NCBI GenBank assembly: GCA_013378385.1
Contig: JACAFS010000021.1
Location: forward strand, 1-16,429
Direction: 5' to 3'
Length of the DNA: 16,429 nucleotides
Source: Nitrososphaerota archaeon
Lineage (GTDB): Archaea; Thermoproteota; Nitrososphaeria; Nitrososphaerales; UBA57
Made by a program: the position numbers and the translations under genes
The notes under the pieces: generated by a model
What the model was told of the DNA's origin: nothing
Seen by the model: only the letters and a program-made list of their open reading frames with translations
Databases searched by the model: none
Part shown: in pieces, positions 12,598 through 16,429 of the stretch
Layout: every line of letters starts with the position of its first letter
How positions within the stretch are numbered: the first letter of the stretch is position 1

Positions 12598-13368
12598 ATG
12601 GCTACATTAACAAGATCCGATAGAACTAAGGTGGCCGCAGTATTCTTTCTTATAGGAATAATTGGAATTGTCGGAATAATTACATACCCTTCTATTCCTG
12701 TTTTTCCTGACAATGAAATAGTAAATGAACCAGTACGTGTTGTTGAAGTTGCTGTTCAAGGGGAACAACGTGAAGGTGAAGAACCCGCTCAGGTTGAAAT
12801 AGTTGAAATAGTCGAAGCTGAACCAATAATAAGTGGCGATCATCCACAAAAAGAATTACTAAGAACTACAATTGATGAATTTCATGCAGCTTTTGGTTCT
12901 CGAGATAGCAGAGAAACTCTAACTTATTATTCAAATAACAAAGCTACTTATGCTGAGTGGACTGGACAAGCAGGCGCTTTTGCAGGCAGTTACAAAGGCT
13001 TTAACAATATACGAATTCTGATTTCTACAATTCTTGGAAATACTATGACCCTTGAACTCAATATGATTAGTTATGAAGTTACATTTACTGGAGATCAAGC
13101 TACTGTAGTTCACAGTCTTTATAATCACGGTGAGGGAAAACTAATTGGCGAATTCAGCATGGAAGTTAATGCGGTTTCTGTATGGGAGTTCTCTGATGGC
13201 CAATGGCTTATTATTGATGACAGATGGGACTTTACGAATTTTGAAACTGAAGTAGTTGCTGAAGGAACTGTATTTCCATTAAAATGGTACAAATATGGAG
13301 ATTTCAGCGTTCTAAATCGCAATGTAGTAATCTCTTATGAAGAACTTGGGATATTTGACAATCCTTAA
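12598..13368 (+). CDS. Membrane-anchored (N-in, C-out) NTF2/SnoaL-like fold protein of unknown function
   Basis: 256 aa, starting 9 nt after the paralog B stop on the same strand. N-terminus RSDRTK plus helix VAAVFFLIGIIGIVGIIT, then an acidic V/E stalk (VRVVEVAVQGEQREGEEPAQVEIVEIVEAE). The domain is TIDEFHAAFGSRDSRETLTYYSNNKATYAEW..GFNNIRILI..VTFTGDQATVVHSL..VSVWEFSDGQWLIIDDRWDF. This follows the helix-then-curved-sheet pattern of SnoaL/DUF4440/ketosteroid-isomerase-like NTF2 folds, including the terminal W.F.dGqW.I motif. Confidence 0.6.
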   Translation: MATLTRSDRTKVAAVFFLIGIIGIVGIITYPSIPVFPDNEIVNEPVRVVEVAVQGEQREGEEPAQVEIVEIVEAEPIISGDHPQKELLRTTIDEFHAAFGSRDSRETLTYYSNNKATYAEWTGQAGAFAGSYKGFNNIRILISTILGNTMTLELNMISYEVTFTGDQATVVHSLYNHGEGKLIGEFSMEVNAVSVWEFSDGQWLIIDDRWDFTNFETEVVAEGTVFPLKWYKYGDFSVLNRNVVISYEELGIFDNP

Positions 13369-13377
13369 TCAAATGCA

Positions 13378-15372
13378 CTAATTCTTAGCCTTTCTAAAAA
13401 TCAATCCAGAAATAATTATCAATATAATTGAAAATCCTAGTATTATGTATGAAATCGGATTGACAATTTCTTTTGTTATTACAATCTCTTTCTCAACAAA
13501 CACTTCTACTTGATTCTCTTCTATTCTATCTGATATATTTTCAGGCAACCCATATGCAAGCAATGCTCCTGGTATTGGTTCAGACCTTCCTAATATCCCT
13601 CCAGTTCCTATTAATGAAAAAATTTTGATATTCCCATCCTTGTCTGCTCCAAAAGCTGGTTGAACTGGACATTGATGCCCTTGTATTCTTTCCCACAATA
13701 ATTCACCGTTCTCTTCATCCAATGCTCTTATCACTCCATCTGTATCACAAAACCAAATCATCTCTCCTGATGCAGTTACACCCCCTCTTATTCCAACGTT
13801 ATCAATGTCGTATTTCCACCTTAACTCTCCAGTTGCGGCATCATGGGCCCATACTGTTGCATTAGATGCAAATTCTTGTTCAGAATATAATGAGATTCTC
13901 CCCCATGAATTTCTCATCGATGGTTCAACAGCTGTAATTTTCTGCAGTGACCATTTATGATAAGTTGTAGAAAACACCTTTCCATATGCAAATGCCACAT
14001 CAGATTCTGCCCCGCCTGATTCCTTTCTCCAATTTGGTTCATTATTTGGATAAGAAACCCATGGCTTGTTCATATCCTCTTTAATCATTGGATCTAAAGC
14101 GAAATCAAAATTTGGTTGTGGCCCTATATTTCCTCTTTTCACATGCGGATGATAATCTGTACTCCATAGTAATTCTCCTGTTTCTGCATTCATTGCATAA
14201 AGGTATGCTCCTTTACACAACTTGAACACTGTTTCGGTTCCTTCTACATCCGCTAATACAGTATTCCACGAACAATCTAAATCTCCCAAGTCATGTGATA
14301 CAATTTGATGCCACCAAAGTAGATTCCCTGTCTTCGTTTCTATCGCTATTACCGAATTACTGAAAACATTTGGCCCTGGTCTATATGTTGCATTCCAACT
14401 TGGCGATGGATTTCCTGTTGCCAGATAAGCTATTCCCTTATCTTCATCCACTGCCCATTGACCCCAGCCTATTCCTACATCTCCCTTTCCAAAACCACAA
14501 TTGTCTGGGCATTCACCCCAGTCATTTCTTAAAACATCTTCTGGAATCTCGGTCGCCTTTATTCCTTGAATCCAACCCTTGTCTGCTACTCTTATAGTCC
14601 ATTCCGGGTCTCCCACATCTTGCGGAGGCATAATATAAAATGTCCAAAGCAGTTCTCCTGAATCAAGATTATATCCTCTAAATGCTCCTCTTCCTCCTTC
14701 AACTGCTTCTCTTCCTCCTGTTCCATAAATTAGTACCCTGTTATTTGTGTCAAATACAGGACCGGAAGATTGTAGACCTTTGAACAATCCTACATTTCCT
14801 TCTAAATCTTTACACGTCGGCGTCTTCAATCTGAATTCTATCTCTCCTGTTTTTGCGTTAAGACCAAAAACCTGACAGTTTGGCCAAGGAGCAAATATCA
14901 TGTTTTCTGTGTAAGAAAAACTATGTGCATGACTTGACAATGACGGATAAAAATCTAAATTAACTGGTAAATTTCTTTTTGCAATCTCTACATTCACTAG
15001 ATAAGGATCAGCTTGAAATGACCAAATCTCTTCTCCAGTTTTCGCATCTACTGCAGAAATTTTTAGGTCTTCCATTCTATTGTAAACAACTCCGTCTACA
15101 ATTATCGGATTTGCAATAGATCCAATTCTTGGTTCTATTCCATCTATTGCTTCAGGCAGTGGCCATGCATGTACCCATTTTAATTCTAAATCATTTACAT
15201 TTTCCTTATTTATTTGCATCTGTGGATTAAATCCAGTTGCACGATAATCATAATTTGGAGCAACAGAATTGAAACCATCGTCATCTATTGCATTAGAAAA
15301 CATTATCTCAGTATTCAATGAAGTTACCAATGAAATAATTAAAATAATAATCAATATGCCTCTTTTTTGCAC
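13378..15372 (-). CDS. PQQ-type eight-bladed beta-propeller dehydrogenase paralog C, exported, C-terminally membrane-anchored
   Basis: 664 aa with a GTG start. Signal peptide MQKRGILIIILIISLVTSL. Motifs: YDYRATGFNPQMQINKENVNDLELKW; NPIIVDGVVYNRMEDLKISAVDAKTGEEIW; GTGGREAVEGGRGAFRGYNLDSGELLW; GWGQWAVDEDKGIAYLATGNPSPSWNATYRPGPNVFSNSVIAIETKTGNLLWWHQIVSHDLGDLD; GIRGGVTASGEMIWFCDTDGVIRALDEENGELLW. C-terminus: stalk NQVEVFVEKEIVITKEI, VNPISY, TM helix, RKAKN. Confidence 0.88.
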   Translation of the reverse strand: MQKRGILIIILIISLVTSLNTEIMFSNAIDDDGFNSVAPNYDYRATGFNPQMQINKENVNDLELKWVHAWPLPEAIDGIEPRIGSIANPIIVDGVVYNRMEDLKISAVDAKTGEEIWSFQADPYLVNVEIAKRNLPVNLDFYPSLSSHAHSFSYTENMIFAPWPNCQVFGLNAKTGEIEFRLKTPTCKDLEGNVGLFKGLQSSGPVFDTNNRVLIYGTGGREAVEGGRGAFRGYNLDSGELLWTFYIMPPQDVGDPEWTIRVADKGWIQGIKATEIPEDVLRNDWGECPDNCGFGKGDVGIGWGQWAVDEDKGIAYLATGNPSPSWNATYRPGPNVFSNSVIAIETKTGNLLWWHQIVSHDLGDLDCSWNTVLADVEGTETVFKLCKGAYLYAMNAETGELLWSTDYHPHVKRGNIGPQPNFDFALDPMIKEDMNKPWVSYPNNEPNWRKESGGAESDVAFAYGKVFSTTYHKWSLQKITAVEPSMRNSWGRISLYSEQEFASNATVWAHDAATGELRWKYDIDNVGIRGGVTASGEMIWFCDTDGVIRALDEENGELLWERIQGHQCPVQPAFGADKDGNIKIFSLIGTGGILGRSEPIPGALLAYGLPENISDRIEENQVEVFVEKEIVITKEIVNPISYIILGFSIILIIISGLIFRKAKN

Positions 15373-15396
15373 AAATTAAATTTATCATGTCTTCCC

Positions 15397-15406
15397 TAAT
15401 AGGTTT
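15397..15406 (-). promoter_or_regulatory. AAACCTATTA element upstream of paralog C (BRE/TATA-like)
   Basis: Minus-strand AAACCTATTA starts about 34 nt upstream of the GTG at 15372. It is identical to the 10-mer at 10448-10457 upstream of paralog B. A T5 tract directly after the upstream gene's stop (minus-strand AGATTTTTC at about 15412-15420) could end the upstream transcript. Confidence 0.4.
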
Positions 15407-15422
15407 AGTGAAAAATCTCTTT

Positions 15423-16429
15423 TTATCTAATTCTTCTGTATGATATTAAAATTATACTCAGTGCTATTATGCCAAAAATAAGGTACCATGTTGTTCCAAT
15501 ACTTTTACTGTTGACTACATTGCTATCTTCACTTTCTGACTCATTCATGATATTCTCTTGCATTTCGATTTCTTCTGAAATTCCTAAAGCAATCAAAGAC
15601 CCTGGTATTTGATTATGTAATAATCCGCCTACTTCTTCTCTTCCTCTTCCTCCATTTATGACATATATCTGAAATTCACCATCTGAATTTCGTCCAATTG
15701 TAGGCTGTGTTGTAAGTGGCGTATTGAGAAATATTTTATGTAATAGTTCTCCTGTTAACCCATTTAAGATGTACAAATTTCCATCCGCAGCCGGTATGAT
15801 TGCCAAGTCTTCTGTCGCAATAATACCTCCCCTGTATGCAACTCCATCAATAAAGTAACTCCAAATCTCTTCGCCAGTGTTTGCATCTATTGCTAATATT
15901 GTTGTATTCTGCGTTTGTTTTGGATAGTTTAGATTATATTCTCCTGGAGGAACTCCTATTCCTTTATGATTCCCCGCTTTTGCACTAGCATCCCATCCAA
16001 GACTTAACGGCAATATCACTATTCCCTCTTTTTCATTATAAGCAATATCCGCCTCACCAGCTCTGAGTGGTATTATATAGAACCAATCCTTCGACGGATA
16101 GTTCAACCATTTCTTTTCCTGCATGTCATAATGACTCATTACATTGTTCCAATAACCGTCTTGAGTTTCTGGATCACATCCTATGCACGGATGCCCTGAC
16201 GTTCTTCCTCTTGGAATCCCATCTTCTATTCTGCTCTCCAGTAGATGCGATTCATATATCCACAATGGTTCTCCGGTTGCTGCATCAAGTGCCCAAAGAA
16301 GACCTGTCACAGAATATTTTATTATAGCTTTTTTTCTCTCTCCGTTAATAGTCTTTTCAGTTAGCACTGTGTTCCAAGACGTATCTCCTTCTAGAATATC
16401 TCGTACTACTTGTTTATACCACCAGATAA
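15423..16429 (-). CDS. PQQ-type beta-propeller dehydrogenase paralog D, C-terminal part only (5' end beyond the right window edge), C-terminally membrane-anchored
   Basis: The track starts this ORF at GTG 16367, but the frame stays open to the window edge: ..IWWYKQVVRDILEGDTSWNTVLTEKTINGERKKAIIKYSVTGLLWALDAATGEPLW. That stretch aligns with the WW.Q..HD.WD.DCSW..(19 aa)..A.dAaTGEp.W segment in the middle of paralogs A-C, so the gene is truncated by the window. Later motifs: TTILAIDANTGEEIWSYFIDGVAYRGGIIATEDLAIIPAADGNLYILNGLTGELL. C-terminus: acidic stalk, TM helix WYLIFGIIALSIILISY, RRIR. Confidence 0.85.
   Translation of the reverse strand, partial: IWWYKQVVRDILEGDTSWNTVLTEKTINGERKKAIIKYSVTGLLWALDAATGEPLWIYESHLLESRIEDGIPRGRTSGHPCIGCDPETQDGYWNNVMSHYDMQEKKWLNYPSKDWFYIIPLRAGEADIAYNEKEGIVILPLSLGWDASAKAGNHKGIGVPPGEYNLNYPKQTQNTTILAIDANTGEEIWSYFIDGVAYRGGIIATEDLAIIPAADGNLYILNGLTGELLHKIFLNTPLTTQPTIGRNSDGEFQIYVINGGRGREEVGGLLHNQIPGSLIALGISEEIEMQENIMNESESEDSNVVNSKSIGTTWYLIFGIIALSIILISYRRIR

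Noticed and set aside
80-16327. The short ORFs in the supplied track that lie antisense to, or in alternative frames of, the long genes: 80-313, 936-1178, 1599-2012, 5080-5292, 5576-5758, 5878-6063, 6968-7162, 7204-7398, 7316-7525, 8063-8266, 9842-10057, 11638-11844, 12607-12849, 12931-13128, 13125-13322, 14370-14597, 16067-16327
   Set aside because: Each is fully or almost fully embedded in a much longer ORF with strong family motifs on the other strand or frame. Their translations are low-complexity Leu/Ser/Phe/Ile-rich strings, typical of antisense reading of AT-rich coding DNA, and none has a promoter-like box at the standard distance.
16365-16367. GTG at 16367 as the true start of the rightmost gene
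   Set aside because: The frame stays open to the window edge. The upstream residues (..IWWYKQVVRDILEGDTSWNT) align with the middle of the other paralogs, and the 314-aa product would lack a signal peptide and half the propeller. The gene is truncated by the window.
1-16429. The paralog array as a recent tandem duplication, assembly collapse artefact, or mobile/repeat-mediated amplification
   Set aside because: The paralogs differ in length, indels, stalk sequence, start codon and most third-codon positions. I saw no long identical DNA segments between them, and no transposase, integrase, terminal inverted repeats or tRNA attachment sites in the window.

Overview
AT-rich, gene-dense window with 13 protein-coding genes, two of them cut by the window edges. 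I saw no rRNA, tRNA, CRISPR array or mobile element. The expression signals look archaeal. A/T-rich TATA-like boxes are centred about 23-28 nt upstream of the start codons of first-in-unit genes, which implies leaderless mRNAs. GGAG-type Shine-Dalgarno motifs occur only before internal operon genes, and several starts are GTG or TTG. Exported proteins stay membrane-tethered through acidic stalks, and the redox partner present is a cupredoxin rather than a c-type cytochrome. This resembles thaumarchaeal genomes, but taxonomy cannot be established from this window alone. The dominant content is five divergent paralogs of PQQ-type (quinoprotein methanol/ethanol/glucose-dehydrogenase-like) eight-bladed beta-propeller proteins: 1-674 (partial, absent from the ORF track), 7250-9508, 10480-12588, 13378-15372 and 15423-16429 (partial). 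Where the ends are visible, each has a signal peptide and a C-terminal transmembrane anchor. Interleaved with them are a membrane-anchored type-1 blue copper protein (9655-10317), a membrane-anchored NTF2/SnoaL-like protein (12598-13368) and a small Ig-like surface protein (6661-7143). The left half holds ABC-transporter parts in an unusual combination. A Tat-signal family-1 substrate-binding protein is followed by a NosF/DrrA-type ATPase and a NosY-type ABC-2 permease (3335-6694). Divergent from these are a MalK/PotA-type ATPase and a signal-less SBP-fold protein (836-3209), with no matching MalFG-type permease. My main hypothesis is a cytochrome-free, cell-surface quinoprotein oxidation module: several dehydrogenases, a cupredoxin electron acceptor, and accessory transport or maturation functions. 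The dehydrogenases carry non-canonical active-site signatures and a shared juxtamembrane anchor motif. All homology statements come from motif recognition by eye. No database search was run.
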